Positions 1-9,740 of a stretch of 64,000 nt of DNA are shown here, in pieces. Under the pieces are notes generated by a model. That model did no database searches, was not told the origin of the DNA, and saw only the letters and a program-made list of their open reading frames with translations. Source of the DNA: Pseudomonadota bacterium (lineage in GTDB: Bacteria > Pseudomonadota > Gammaproteobacteria > Pseudomonadales > Pseudohongiellaceae); contig JBEGWB010000155.1 in the NCBI GenBank assembly GCA_041178065.1, positions 1,497 through 65,496 on the forward strand, given 5' to 3'. Position numbers and translations under genes: made by a program. Position 1 is the first letter of the stretch. Every line of letters starts with the position of its first letter.

Positions 1-1
1 C

Positions 2-1876
2 ATGCACGACTTCCCCTACAGCTACAACTCGCTGGGCCTCAAGTACCTCTGGGCCATCAACGAAGACACCGAGTTCCGCTTCGGTTACCAGGTCAATACG
101 ATCAACTTCGAGGACTCGTTCCCGAGCACGACGGTGTATACGCCGAACTTCACGGTGTTCCCGATGTGGGAACTGAAGTTCAAGACCAGCTTCAACGACA
201 GCCTCTCCTACGAAGCCGATGCGTACTACACCGACCCACGCCTGAAGAACTCCGAGTTGCTCGCGCGCGTGTGCGGCCTTCCGCGTTTTCAGGACCTGCC
301 GGCCAACGTGCAGACGCTCGCGCGCAACCAGGGTATCACCGCATTCCGCACGGCTGCGCAGTTCGAAGCGTTTGCCGCAACGGTCCCCGGCTTGCCCGCC
401 GGCTGCGTGACAGATCCATACTCCGTTCTCGGCGCGACCAACGCGACCACCAGCGCACGCCAGGGTATATATGTTGATGCCCAGGGTCGCCCTTACGGCA
501 CGCTCGCCAATCCCTTCCCGATCGGCGCACCGATCGGCTATGCCATCGAGAGCATCGCAGGCTTCGGTACCGGGGCTCCGGTCAAAGGCTTTGGTGCAAC
601 CGACCAGGCCTCCGCTGGTTACGTCGACTACGGCTTCAACAACCGCCTGAAGTACGTCATGAACGAGAACGTCGAAGGCATCTTCGGTTACCAGAACATT
701 ACCTACCACGACAATTCGAGCGACGTGTACGGCATGCGCACCGACAAGGTCGAGAGCAACGGCATCTACGGCGAGCTGCGCCTCAGCTCCGACTATTTCG
801 TGATGACCAACGTTTCGCTGTCGGCGCGTAAGGATTTCAACAACGCCTACGAAGATGAAAGTATCTGGAAGTATGGCGTGCGCCAGGACCTGCCGGGCGG
901 CCTTTATCTGCGCTCCAACGGCGGCACCTCGTACAGCCAGCCAACAGTGCAGGAAGCCGGTTTCATCAGCGGCCGTATCGCGAATCCGAGCATCGAAACG
1001 CAGCATGTCGAAACCTATAGCTTCGGCCTCGGCGTCAACGGCGACCTGTTCGGCGGCACCTACAACGTCGAGGTCGGCTCCTTCGATACGACGATCGACA
1101 ACCAGTTCGGCTCCGCCGCCTTGCGCACCGTATGCCCGAACTACCCGAACGTACGCCCGCAGGACATCAATCCGAACATCATCACACCGATCGAATTCTG
1201 TGAGTTCGCACTGGCGCAGGGACTGCCGGACACATCGACCGCCAGCTTCAACCTACGCACCGCCCAGGACATTTCCGGCGTCACACTCGACGTCGCCTTC
1301 GACTTCGATCGCTGGCAGGCGGACTTCACCTTCACCGACATGGAGTCGCTGGAGGTCAATCCGACCTTCGGCCTGGCCGCATTACGCGAAGACACCGGCG
1401 CCGTGCAGCCGTTCATCGTACCGGGCGATGCCGGAACCAATCGCGTCCGCCAGTCTGGCGAACGTGCGGAATGGTCCGCCTCGTTGCTGCTGAGCTACAC
1501 GCCGAGCGAGCGCTGGGTGCTATCGCTGAATCCGAAATGGCAGGGCCCGGAATGGAACTGGGCGCCGACCGCGGCCGCGCGACTCGTCGATGCAAACGGC
1601 AGACGCACGAATCCCGATGTCGATTTCGGCAACTACGTCGTGCTGAACGGCTCGGTGCAGTACTTCATGGGCGACGACCTCCAGCATCGCTTCCTGCTGC
1701 GCGCCGTGAACATGCTCGATGAGGATTACCTCGAGCGCGGCGGCTTCGGCAACCAGCAGTTGTCGCGCGCCGGCGCGCGCGGCGAGATTGGATTGAACAG
1801 CTCGGCCTACTACTACCCTTACGGCTGGAACGGCAAACCGCGTTCCTTCTTCCTGCAATATGAATATAGCTTCTAA
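2..1876 (+). CDS. TonB-dependent outer-membrane receptor, C-terminal barrel part (5' end outside window)
   Basis: ORF is open to the window edge. Gly/Tyr/Asn-rich amphipathic strand pattern. Ends FFLQYEYSF with the terminal aromatic residue typical of OM beta-barrels. The next gene starts 12 nt downstream. Confidence 0.75.
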   Translation: MHDFPYSYNSLGLKYLWAINEDTEFRFGYQVNTINFEDSFPSTTVYTPNFTVFPMWELKFKTSFNDSLSYEADAYYTDPRLKNSELLARVCGLPRFQDLPANVQTLARNQGITAFRTAAQFEAFAATVPGLPAGCVTDPYSVLGATNATTSARQGIYVDAQGRPYGTLANPFPIGAPIGYAIESIAGFGTGAPVKGFGATDQASAGYVDYGFNNRLKYVMNENVEGIFGYQNITYHDNSSDVYGMRTDKVESNGIYGELRLSSDYFVMTNVSLSARKDFNNAYEDESIWKYGVRQDLPGGLYLRSNGGTSYSQPTVQEAGFISGRIANPSIETQHVETYSFGLGVNGDLFGGTYNVEVGSFDTTIDNQFGSAALRTVCPNYPNVRPQDINPNIITPIEFCEFALAQGLPDTSTASFNLRTAQDISGVTLDVAFDFDRWQADFTFTDMESLEVNPTFGLAALREDTGAVQPFIVPGDAGTNRVRQSGERAEWSASLLLSYTPSERWVLSLNPKWQGPEWNWAPTAAARLVDANGRRTNPDVDFGNYVVLNGSVQYFMGDDLQHRFLLRAVNMLDEDYLERGGFGNQQLSRAGARGEIGLNSSAYYYPYGWNGKPRSFFLQYEYSF

Positions 1877-1888
1877 GCGGAGACCGCG

Positions 1889-3223
1889 ATGAAAAACCTG
1901 GTCAGGACATTATCTGTACTCTTGTCGTTGTGCACCTCGGCAATTGCGCAGGATGCGGTTGATTATGACGGCGCACAACGCTGGTGGCGGGGCAACACGC
2001 ATGCACACACCTGGTGGAGCGACGGCGACACGCCACCGGAGTTGATCGCTCAGTGGTACAAGGAACAGGGTTATCAGTTCCTGGTTCTCAGCGACCACAA
2101 CACCTTCCAGCAGGGCGAAAAGTGGTATCCGATTGATGAGCCGCCTCGTCCGCTTGCGCAGGTGCAGGCGGCTTACGCTGAATATCTGCGCCAGTTTGGC
2201 TCTAACTGGGTCGATGTGCGCGGCAATGAAGGCAGCCGCGAAGTGCGCCTCAAAACTCTCGAGGAGTTCCGCACGCTGTTCGAAGAACCCGAGAAGTTCA
2301 TCTTTATCAAGGGCGAGGAGATCACTGATGGGTTCCAGAACCATCCGATACACATGAACGGCATGAACCTCGTCGAGCATGTCGAGCCGCTGCATGGCGA
2401 CGGAGTCGCTGCGACGATCCAGAATAACCTCAACCTCGTCGTCGCGCAGAGCGAGAAGTACCAGCAGCCCATGCTGGTTCACCTCAATCATCCCAACTTC
2501 CACTTTGCGCAGACAGCCGAAGACCTGTTCGCGCTGGACCACAAGCCGGGCGACGGCTTCTTTGAAATGTATAACGGCCATTCGGGGGTGCAGAACTACG
2601 GCGACGCGCGGCATGAAAGTACCGAACGGATCTGGGACATCGTGCTGAGCAAGCGCCTAGGCGAGTTCGGGCGCAGCGTGATCTACGGCGTGGCCACGGA
2701 TGACGCGCACGTTTATCAACTGTGGGGCCTCGGCAACGTCAACCCAGGGCGTGGCTGGATGATGGTGCGCTCAAACTGGCTGACGCCCAACAAGATTACC
2801 GAAGCCATCAAGCGCGGCGACTTCTACAACAGTACTGGCGTCACGCTCGAGTCACTGGATATCAGCGATGAACGCATGCAAATCGAAATCAAGCCCGAGC
2901 GCGGCGTGCGCTACAGGATCGAGTTCATCGGCACTCTGCAGGATGCGGATCTCGAAGGCCGGCCAGTCACCGGCGAAACGCATGAACACGAAGGCAGTCT
3001 CGACCACCTGCACCAGACGATCTATCGCTACAGCGACGATATCGGTCGCGTACTGAAGACGGTGGAGGGCACGTCTGCGACCTACCATGTGCAGGGCAAT
3101 GAAATTTATGTGCGTGCACGCATTACGTCGAGCCGCGCGCATCCGAATCCCTATGCAGCAGGCGATACCGAAATGGCCTGGACCCAGCCGCTGGTCGTGC
3201 TGGCCAATGATGCCGACCGCTGA
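1889..3223 (+). CDS. Secreted PHP-domain metallohydrolase (CehA/McbA-like)
   Basis: Signal peptide MKNLVRTLSVLLSLCTSAIA. Metal-ligand motif GNTHAHTWWSDGD, later HLNHPNFH and TDDAH, as in the PHP (polymerase/histidinol phosphatase) fold. Followed by an intrinsic terminator. Confidence 0.6.
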   Translation: MKNLVRTLSVLLSLCTSAIAQDAVDYDGAQRWWRGNTHAHTWWSDGDTPPELIAQWYKEQGYQFLVLSDHNTFQQGEKWYPIDEPPRPLAQVQAAYAEYLRQFGSNWVDVRGNEGSREVRLKTLEEFRTLFEEPEKFIFIKGEEITDGFQNHPIHMNGMNLVEHVEPLHGDGVAATIQNNLNLVVAQSEKYQQPMLVHLNHPNFHFAQTAEDLFALDHKPGDGFFEMYNGHSGVQNYGDARHESTERIWDIVLSKRLGEFGRSVIYGVATDDAHVYQLWGLGNVNPGRGWMMVRSNWLTPNKITEAIKRGDFYNSTGVTLESLDISDERMQIEIKPERGVRYRIEFIGTLQDADLEGRPVTGETHEHEGSLDHLHQTIYRYSDDIGRVLKTVEGTSATYHVQGNEIYVRARITSSRAHPNPYAAGDTEMAWTQPLVVLANDADR

Positions 3224-3251
3224 GAGCCCGATTTCCCCGACCCCTAAGCTT

Positions 3252-3277
3252 GGAGGGTGCAAGCCCTCCTTTTTTTT
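3252..3277 (+). terminator. Rho-independent terminator after the PHP hydrolase gene
   Basis: GGAGGG-tgcaag-CCCTCC hairpin followed directly by eight T. Confidence 0.75.
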
Positions 3278-3316
3278 CGAACAACGATTCAGATGCTCTG
3301 GCATCGGGAGTTTCAG

Positions 3317-5461
3317 ATGAGTTGGGATCGCCGCAAGTTTCTGTCGTTCACCGCTGGCACCGGCGCTGCCGCTGCGCTCGGCACATTGCCGCCGAGCATT
3401 CGCAGGGCCCTGGCCGCGGCCGCTGTCGTCGACACCGGTACCATCAAGGACCTGAAGCACATTGTCATCCTCATGCAGGAAAACCGTGGCTTCGATCATT
3501 ACTTCGGTACCTTGCGCGGCGTGCGCGGTTTCGGCGACCGTTTCCCGGTGCCGCTCGCGAGCGGCAAGCCGGTGTGGTATCAATCGAACGGCGAGCGCGA
3601 GATCGCGCCGTTCCATCTCGATCCAGAAGCGTTCAACGCCTTGCTCGCACCGAGCACGCCGCATAGCTTCGCGGACTCGCAAGCCGCGTGGAACCAGGGA
3701 CGCTTCGGTTTCTGGCCTAAGTACAAGAAAGACAATTCGATGGGCTATTACCGGCGCGAAGACATTCCCTTCCAGTTCGCGCTGGCCGAGGCCTTCACGC
3801 TCTGCGACGCTTACCACTGCTCGATCACGACGGGTACCGATCCCAATCGCATCACGTTCTGGAGCGGCTCCAACTTCAATCCGGAACTCGCCGCGCGTGG
3901 TATCAACTGCACCGATCGCGACTCGGAGCCTGACAACCTGCGCTGCTGGATCGGCAACCCGGAACTCGATAAGTGGCCGGTGCCCGGCTACACCTACAAG
4001 GACAGTGCATTCACGTGGCCAACGCTGCCGGACCTGCTCGAAGCGCATGGCGTCAGCTGGCGCATCTTCCAGGATCCGAACGACAACTGGACCGGCGCCA
4101 TGCACGGCGGCCTGGCGTTCGCGAGCTTCCGCGAGGCGCAACCGGGCTCGCCTGTTTACGAACAGGGCATGTCGCACTGGTCGCTCGATGATTTCGCCGC
4201 GCAGGTCAACGACGGCACGCTGCCGCAGGTGAGCTGGATCTTGCCGCCGCGCGATTTTTCCGAGCATCCGGGCGCACCCTCGAGCCCGCAGAAAGGCGGC
4301 CACTTCATCGAGCAGGTGCTCGAACGGCTGACGGCCAACACCGAGGTATGGAGTCGCGCCGCGCTGTTCGTCACCTTCGATGAGAACGACGGCCTGTTCG
4401 ATCACCTGCCGGCACCTGCGCCGCCCTCGTACAACCTCGACGGCAGCATGGCGGGCAAAGCAACGCTGAACCTCGCTGGCGAGTATTTCTCCGATCCGGA
4501 GCGCAAACATCTCGATGCGGACGACACGATCTCCGGCACTGTGCGGCCTTTCGGGCTCGGCGCGCGCGTGCCGATGTATGTCATTTCACCGTGGAGCAAG
4601 GGCGGCTGGGTCAACTCGCAGGTCTTCGATCACACATCGATGGCAATGTTCCTCGAGAAACGTTTCGACATGACGGTGCCGAACGTCAGCCCCTGGCATC
4701 GCGCCGTGTGCGGCGACCTGAGCTCGTGCTTCGATTTTGCCAACCCCGGCGATACCGCACCGGTGGCCTTGCCGACGATGAGCATCTGGGCGGAAATCGA
4801 AGCGCAGCAGCGCGCCATGCCGGCCTACATGGTGCCGGACGAGGCCCAGCTCCTGTTCCAGGAAAGTGGCACGCGCCTGTCGCGTGCGCTGCCCTACGCA
4901 TTGCACGTCGATGCAGACGTCAGCGTCGGCGCCAGCGTGACGCTGACTTTCAGCAACAGCGGCGCGCAAGGCGCGGTATTCCACGTCTATGACAAGCTGC
5001 ACCTCGAGCGTATTCCACGTCGCTACACCGTGGAAGCCGGCAAGATGCTTGCAGATACCTGGAGCACCGGTGCCGATCGCGGCGAGCATGACTTGTGGGT
5101 CTACGGCCCGAATGGCTTCGTGCGTGTCTTCCGCGACGAGGGCGCGGCGCGAGAGGCAGGGCTGGAATGCACCGCGAGTTACGCCGCTGATAGCGCGAGC
5201 CTGCGCCTCAAGTTTCGCAACACCGGCACTGAGGCCTGCACCTTGCAGATACTCGACGAGACCTACGACAGCGGCGGACCCTGGCAAGTAAGGCTCGCAC
5301 CAGACGAAGAAAAGGAACAGGTGTTCGACCTGGCGGCGAGTGGCGCGTGGTACGACTTCAGCGTGAGCGACAGGGCCGCGCCCGCATACCTGCGTCGCTT
5401 CGCTGGCCGCGTCGAGTCGGGCCAGCACGGCATTAGCGATCCAGCGCTGGGAACGGGTTAG
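3317..5461 (+). CDS. Tat-exported phospholipase C / phosphoesterase family protein (PlcH/PlcN/AcpA type)
   Basis: Twin-arginine signal SWDRRKFLSFTAGTGAAAALG. Family signatures HIVILMQENRGFDHYFGTLRGVRGF, FVTFDENDGLFDH and GLGARVPMYVISPWSKGGWV. ATG 3317 has GGGAG upstream. The track start 3257 (GTG) lies inside the upstream terminator hairpin. Confidence 0.85.
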   Translation: MSWDRRKFLSFTAGTGAAAALGTLPPSIRRALAAAAVVDTGTIKDLKHIVILMQENRGFDHYFGTLRGVRGFGDRFPVPLASGKPVWYQSNGEREIAPFHLDPEAFNALLAPSTPHSFADSQAAWNQGRFGFWPKYKKDNSMGYYRREDIPFQFALAEAFTLCDAYHCSITTGTDPNRITFWSGSNFNPELAARGINCTDRDSEPDNLRCWIGNPELDKWPVPGYTYKDSAFTWPTLPDLLEAHGVSWRIFQDPNDNWTGAMHGGLAFASFREAQPGSPVYEQGMSHWSLDDFAAQVNDGTLPQVSWILPPRDFSEHPGAPSSPQKGGHFIEQVLERLTANTEVWSRAALFVTFDENDGLFDHLPAPAPPSYNLDGSMAGKATLNLAGEYFSDPERKHLDADDTISGTVRPFGLGARVPMYVISPWSKGGWVNSQVFDHTSMAMFLEKRFDMTVPNVSPWHRAVCGDLSSCFDFANPGDTAPVALPTMSIWAEIEAQQRAMPAYMVPDEAQLLFQESGTRLSRALPYALHVDADVSVGASVTLTFSNSGAQGAVFHVYDKLHLERIPRRYTVEAGKMLADTWSTGADRGEHDLWVYGPNGFVRVFRDEGAAREAGLECTASYAADSASLRLKFRNTGTEACTLQILDETYDSGGPWQVRLAPDEEKEQVFDLAASGAWYDFSVSDRAAPAYLRRFAGRVESGQHGISDPALGTG

Positions 5462-5564
5462 CCCGAACCTCCCAGTTCTCCCATTTTCCCGCGATGGACA
5501 GCATCGCGTGGGCTGTTTATGCTCGCGGCAGATATAAAAACAGGCCGTAGATTCAGGGGGAAAC

Positions 5565-7112
5565 ATGCTGTTGCGCTTGTCCGTGTGTGCATTGCTGTGC
5601 ATCAGCGCCATCGGTTCGGTCGCGGCGCAAACGCTGCCGCGGACCGCCAGCGGCAAACCCGACCTGCAAGGCATCTGGCAGGCGCAAGGCGCCGCTGCCT
5701 ATGATCTCGAAGATCATCTCGCGCGCCACGACATGCCCGCGGGCATGGGCAGCGTCGAGGGCGCTCTGCCGTATCTGCCAGCAGCGCTCGAACAGAAGCG
5801 CGCGAACTTCGCGAACCGCGCCGAGCTCGACCCGCTGAACAAGTGCTATCTGCCCGGCACGCCGCGCATCATGACGATGCAATTTCCCTTTCACGTATTC
5901 CAGACCGACGATCACGTTGCGATCCAGTTTGAATGGAGCCAGGTGCATCGCCTGATTTACACGAACGACACGCCGGCGCTGTATCCCGGCATTGAGTCGT
6001 GGATGGGGCACGCGCGCGGCGAATGGGAAGGCGACACACTCGTCGTCACGGTCAACGACTTCAACGACCGCAGCTGGCTTGATGCCGCTGGCAATCATCA
6101 CAGCAATGCGATGACGCTGGTCGAACGCTACACGCTCATCGATGCCGACACGATCGACTATGAAGTTACCGTCACCGACCCAAACGTGTTCGAGCGTCCG
6201 TGGACGCTGCATGTGACGCTCGCGCGGCAGCAGGACTTGGACCGCATTCTCGAATTCCAGTGCCAGGCCGAAGCCGAGGAAGCCAGCGGTGACTTCGAGC
6301 GCGATGAGCGCACCTGGTATCCGGCCGAAGCGCATCCCGATAACCAGCCCTTCGATGCCGACGCGGGCCTCGATCTGCCGCTGCCCGACGTCGGCGCCGA
6401 CATCAGGCGTTTGCCCGATGGTATGCCGGACATTTCGGGTTACTTCCTCGCCGATGCCGGTGGCGCCAACTACGGTCTCGAACAGAATGAGCGCGACTTC
6501 CTGACGCCCGGCACGCGCGGCGTGCTGGTCGATCCAGCCGACGGCAAGTTGCCTTACCAGCCCTGGGCGCGCCCCGAGCGCATCGACCGCGAACTGCCGC
6601 ACCGTGGCTATGACGACCCGACCGCGCATTGCTTCGTCGCCGGCGTGCCGCGCTCGCATTATGTGCCTTCGCCCTTCTTCATCATGCAGGCGCCGGGCTA
6701 CGTCATCGTGTTGCATGAGCGCATGTCGTGGCGGCAGATTCCGCTCGATGGCCGCGCGCATCTGCCTGAGCACCTGCGGCTGTGGCAAGGCGATTCGATC
6801 GGTCGCTGGGAAGGCGATACGCTGGTCGTCGAAAGCCGCAACTTCAACGGCAAGACCTGGTTGAACGAAAGGGGCGACGTCATCACGCACGCGGCGACGG
6901 TGGTCGAGACCTTCACGCCAGTTGGCGCCGACCGCGTGATCTATCGCGCCACGATCAGCGATCCGCTCGCGTTTACACGGCCCTGGACGATGGAGCTGCC
7001 GCTGGATCGCAGTAACGATGAATTGCTGGAAGTGGCCTGTCTCGAAGACAACAACGACCTGCAGCACCTCAAAGACGTCCGCGATGAATGGCGCGCGGCG
7101 AATCCGCAATAG
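5565..7112 (+). CDS. Secreted protein of unknown function with two homologous halves
   Basis: Signal peptide MLLRLSVCALLCISAIGSVAA-Q. The halves align: GKPDLQGIW vs GMPDISGYF, GEWEGDTLVVTVNDFNDRSWLD vs GRWEGDTLVVESRNFNGKTWLN, and VTDPNVFERPWTL vs ISDPLAFTRPWTM. RBS AGGGGGA lies before the ATG. Confidence 0.6.
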   Translation: MLLRLSVCALLCISAIGSVAAQTLPRTASGKPDLQGIWQAQGAAAYDLEDHLARHDMPAGMGSVEGALPYLPAALEQKRANFANRAELDPLNKCYLPGTPRIMTMQFPFHVFQTDDHVAIQFEWSQVHRLIYTNDTPALYPGIESWMGHARGEWEGDTLVVTVNDFNDRSWLDAAGNHHSNAMTLVERYTLIDADTIDYEVTVTDPNVFERPWTLHVTLARQQDLDRILEFQCQAEAEEASGDFERDERTWYPAEAHPDNQPFDADAGLDLPLPDVGADIRRLPDGMPDISGYFLADAGGANYGLEQNERDFLTPGTRGVLVDPADGKLPYQPWARPERIDRELPHRGYDDPTAHCFVAGVPRSHYVPSPFFIMQAPGYVIVLHERMSWRQIPLDGRAHLPEHLRLWQGDSIGRWEGDTLVVESRNFNGKTWLNERGDVITHAATVVETFTPVGADRVIYRATISDPLAFTRPWTMELPLDRSNDELLEVACLEDNNDLQHLKDVRDEWRAANPQ

Positions 7113-7139
7113 CATTTGAAAGGTAGGGAGTATCCAACC

Positions 7140-7553
7140 ATGAACAAGTTGTCATCGAAATACGCGCGCACCTTGCTGCTGGCGACGCTCTGCGCGACCG
7201 GCGCCGCGCATGCCCACCACTCGTTCACCGCCGAGTACGACAATAACAAGCCGGTGGCCTTTAGCGGCGTGGTCACCGACATGAAGTGGTCCAACCCGCA
7301 CGGCTGGATCTACGTGGATGTCAAAGCGGCAGACGGCACCGTGACAAACTGGGCGCTCGAAACCGGCGCCGCGAACAACCTGATCCGCCGCGGCTGGCGC
7401 AAGGAAAACCTGCCGGCCGGCACCGTGCTGAAAATCGAAGGCTGGCAGGCGCGCAACGGAACTCCGACGGCGAACATCTCGTCCGTGACCCTCGAAGACG
7501 GCACGCGCCTGTTCGCCGGCTCATCGAACCAGCAGGCGCCGCAGCAGCAGTAA
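7140..7553 (+). CDS. Small secreted protein, DUF6152-like (family name from memory)
   Basis: Signal peptide MNKLSSKYARTLLLATLCATGAAHA, then HHSFTAEYD. About 110-aa mature beta-rich domain. AGGGAG lies upstream of ATG 7140. The track start 7116 is a TTG. Confidence 0.6.
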   Translation: MNKLSSKYARTLLLATLCATGAAHAHHSFTAEYDNNKPVAFSGVVTDMKWSNPHGWIYVDVKAADGTVTNWALETGAANNLIRRGWRKENLPAGTVLKIEGWQARNGTPTANISSVTLEDGTRLFAGSSNQQAPQQQ

Positions 7554-7558
7554 TTTGC

Positions 7559-9730
7559 TCAAACCAGCCTGAAGCCCTGATGGTATAGCGGGAGTTCGCG
7601 GAAACGTTTCCCTGTCGCGGCAAACAACGCGTTGCAGAAAGCTGGCAACAGGGGCGCCTGGCCCGGTTCACCCACACCACCCCAGAAGCCGCCGGTCGGC
7701 GCCAGTACCACGTCGACCTTCGGCATTTCCGCCATGCGCAGCACGCGGTAGTCATGGAAATTGGCCTGCCGGACCCGGCCGCGCTCGATGTTGATCTCGC
7801 CCCACATGGCCGCGCTCAGCGCCCAGACCGTTGCGCCCTGCAACTGCGCGACGACGTTGTCGGGGTTGACGACATGACCGCTGTTGATGGCCTGCACGAT
7901 GCGGTGCACCTTGATGCCGCCGCTGGCGTCGACCGACAGTTCGACTACCGCCGCAGTGAAGCTGCCATAGGGTTCCGTCGTCGCGATGCCGCGGAAGACG
8001 CCCGCCGCCGGCGCGGTGGTCCAGCCAGCATTGTCGGCTGCGACCTGCAGGATGTGGCGTGACAGTTCATCTTCGGCCATGTGCCGCAGGCGGAAGCTCA
8101 GGGGATCTTCACCCGCCGCGTGCGCGAGTTCGTCGATGAACTGCTCGCGTGCGAAGGGCGTTTGCGACCAACCCACGGTGCGCCAGAAACCGATCGGTAC
8201 ATGCGTGGGCGTCTGCTTGTAGCTGTGATCCTGGTTATCGACGAGATAGGGCAGGCGCGTGAAACCTTCGGTCGCCATCGCGTCGACGCCGTTCGGCAGC
8301 GGAATGCCGCGCATCTGCCCCAGCAAGGAGCCGCTGGCGATACGCGTACGCCAGCCAACGATTTTGTTGTCGGCATCGAGTCCGGCCTTGAGCCGGTACA
8401 TGGCGAGCGGGCGATAGAAACCGTGTTGCGTGTCTTCCTCACGTGTCCACAGCAGCTTGACCGGTGTATCCATCGGCAGTTTCGCCGCGATCAATGCCGC
8501 CTGCTTGCCGTAATCGCCGGTACCGCCACGACGACCGAAGCCGCCGCCCGCCTGCACGCGATGCACGATGACAGTTTCGGGTGGGACGCCAAGGGCGCCG
8601 GCAACTTCGGTGGCGACACCGTCAGCCGATTGCGTCGAGGTCCAGACCTGCACATGGTCGGCGCCGATCTGCACCGTGGCGCCCATCGGTTCCATCGGCG
8701 TATGACTCAGGTAGGGCGTGTAATAGTCGGCTTCAAGCACCTTGGCCGCGCTGCTGAGCGCGGCGTCGACATCGCCAGCACTGTTGGGTAGTGGTGCTGC
8801 GTCCGTCGCCGCGAGACCTTCCTGGAAGAAGGCGCGAATGCTCGCGTCGTCGACACTGCCGTTGCCGCGCTCATCCCAGGTGATTTCGACACGCGCCAGC
8901 GCCTGCTGCGCGCGCCACCAGTTGTCGGCGACGACCACCAGCGCGCTGTCGTCGTCGATCGCGAAGATGTCGATAATGCCGCGCATGCCGCGCGCGCTCG
9001 CGTCATTGAAAGTGCTCAGCTTGCCGCCGAACACTGGCGCCTGCGCGATCGCGGCGTAGACCATGCCGGGCAATGACACATCGATACCGTATACCTGCGA
9101 ACCGTCGGTCGACGCCGGAATGTCCCGACGTGGCACGGACTGGCCGATGATGCTCCACGCGGAGGGATCCTTCAGCGCGACCGTTTCTGGCACAGGCTGC
9201 GTGGCCGCAAGCGCCGCGAGTGCGCCGAAGCCGCTCTGCTTGCCGCTCGCCGCGTGCGCGACAATGCCATTCTGCACGGTGATTTCGTTGGCCGGCACGC
9301 TCCACTGCTGCGCCGCCGCACTCACCAGCATGGCGCGCGCCGTGGCGCCGGCCGTGCGCAGGGCTTCCTGCGAGGCGCGGATCGTGCGGCTGCCGACGGT
9401 GGCCATGTCGCCCCAGGCGCGGTTGTTGCGCAGGTGTTCGTTGACGTCGACGTAGACAATCTTGACCTGGTCCCAGTTCGCATCGAGCTCATCGGCGACT
9501 AGCTGTGGCGCCGACGTGAAGCTGCCCTGGCCCATTTCGGAGCGCGCGTAGCGGATTGTCACCGTATCGTCCGGCGCGACTTCGACCCAGATGTTCACGC
9601 GCGTGGGATCCGCGGCCTCGGCCGCGCGGGCCTTGTTGTTGGGCAAGGAGAAGCCCAGTGCGAAACCGCCGCTCACGGCGGCGCTGGCAAGCAGGAACTG
9701 GCGGCGGGTACTGTTGACTGGTTTGTTCAT
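7559..9730 (-). CDS. Xanthine-dehydrogenase-family molybdopterin-binding subunit (IorB/aldehyde oxidoreductase beta-like), Tat-exported
   Basis: Tat signal TRRQFLLASAAVSGGFALG. Motif QAGGGFGRRGG. 723 aa. Starts 10 nt after the 2Fe-2S subunit gene. Confidence 0.8.
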   Translation of the reverse strand: MNKPVNSTRRQFLLASAAVSGGFALGFSLPNNKARAAEAADPTRVNIWVEVAPDDTVTIRYARSEMGQGSFTSAPQLVADELDANWDQVKIVYVDVNEHLRNNRAWGDMATVGSRTIRASQEALRTAGATARAMLVSAAAQQWSVPANEITVQNGIVAHAASGKQSGFGALAALAATQPVPETVALKDPSAWSIIGQSVPRRDIPASTDGSQVYGIDVSLPGMVYAAIAQAPVFGGKLSTFNDASARGMRGIIDIFAIDDDSALVVVADNWWRAQQALARVEITWDERGNGSVDDASIRAFFQEGLAATDAAPLPNSAGDVDAALSSAAKVLEADYYTPYLSHTPMEPMGATVQIGADHVQVWTSTQSADGVATEVAGALGVPPETVIVHRVQAGGGFGRRGGTGDYGKQAALIAAKLPMDTPVKLLWTREEDTQHGFYRPLAMYRLKAGLDADNKIVGWRTRIASGSLLGQMRGIPLPNGVDAMATEGFTRLPYLVDNQDHSYKQTPTHVPIGFWRTVGWSQTPFAREQFIDELAHAAGEDPLSFRLRHMAEDELSRHILQVAADNAGWTTAPAAGVFRGIATTEPYGSFTAAVVELSVDASGGIKVHRIVQAINSGHVVNPDNVVAQLQGATVWALSAAMWGEINIERGRVRQANFHDYRVLRMAEMPKVDVVLAPTGGFWGGVGEPGQAPLLPAFCNALFAATGKRFRELPLYHQGFRLV

Positions 9731-9740
9731 GGCAGCCTCC

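Noticed and set aside
2852-4510. 552-aa ORF antisense to the phospholipase C gene
   Set aside because: Arg/Ala/Gly-rich, low-complexity translation typical of shadow frames in high-GC DNA. The opposite strand carries a protein with clear family motifs.
5553-7115. 520-aa ORF antisense to the two-domain secreted protein gene
   Set aside because: It mirrors almost the full length of a + strand ORF that has a signal peptide, an RBS and an internal duplication. The translation is Arg/Ala-rich with no motifs.
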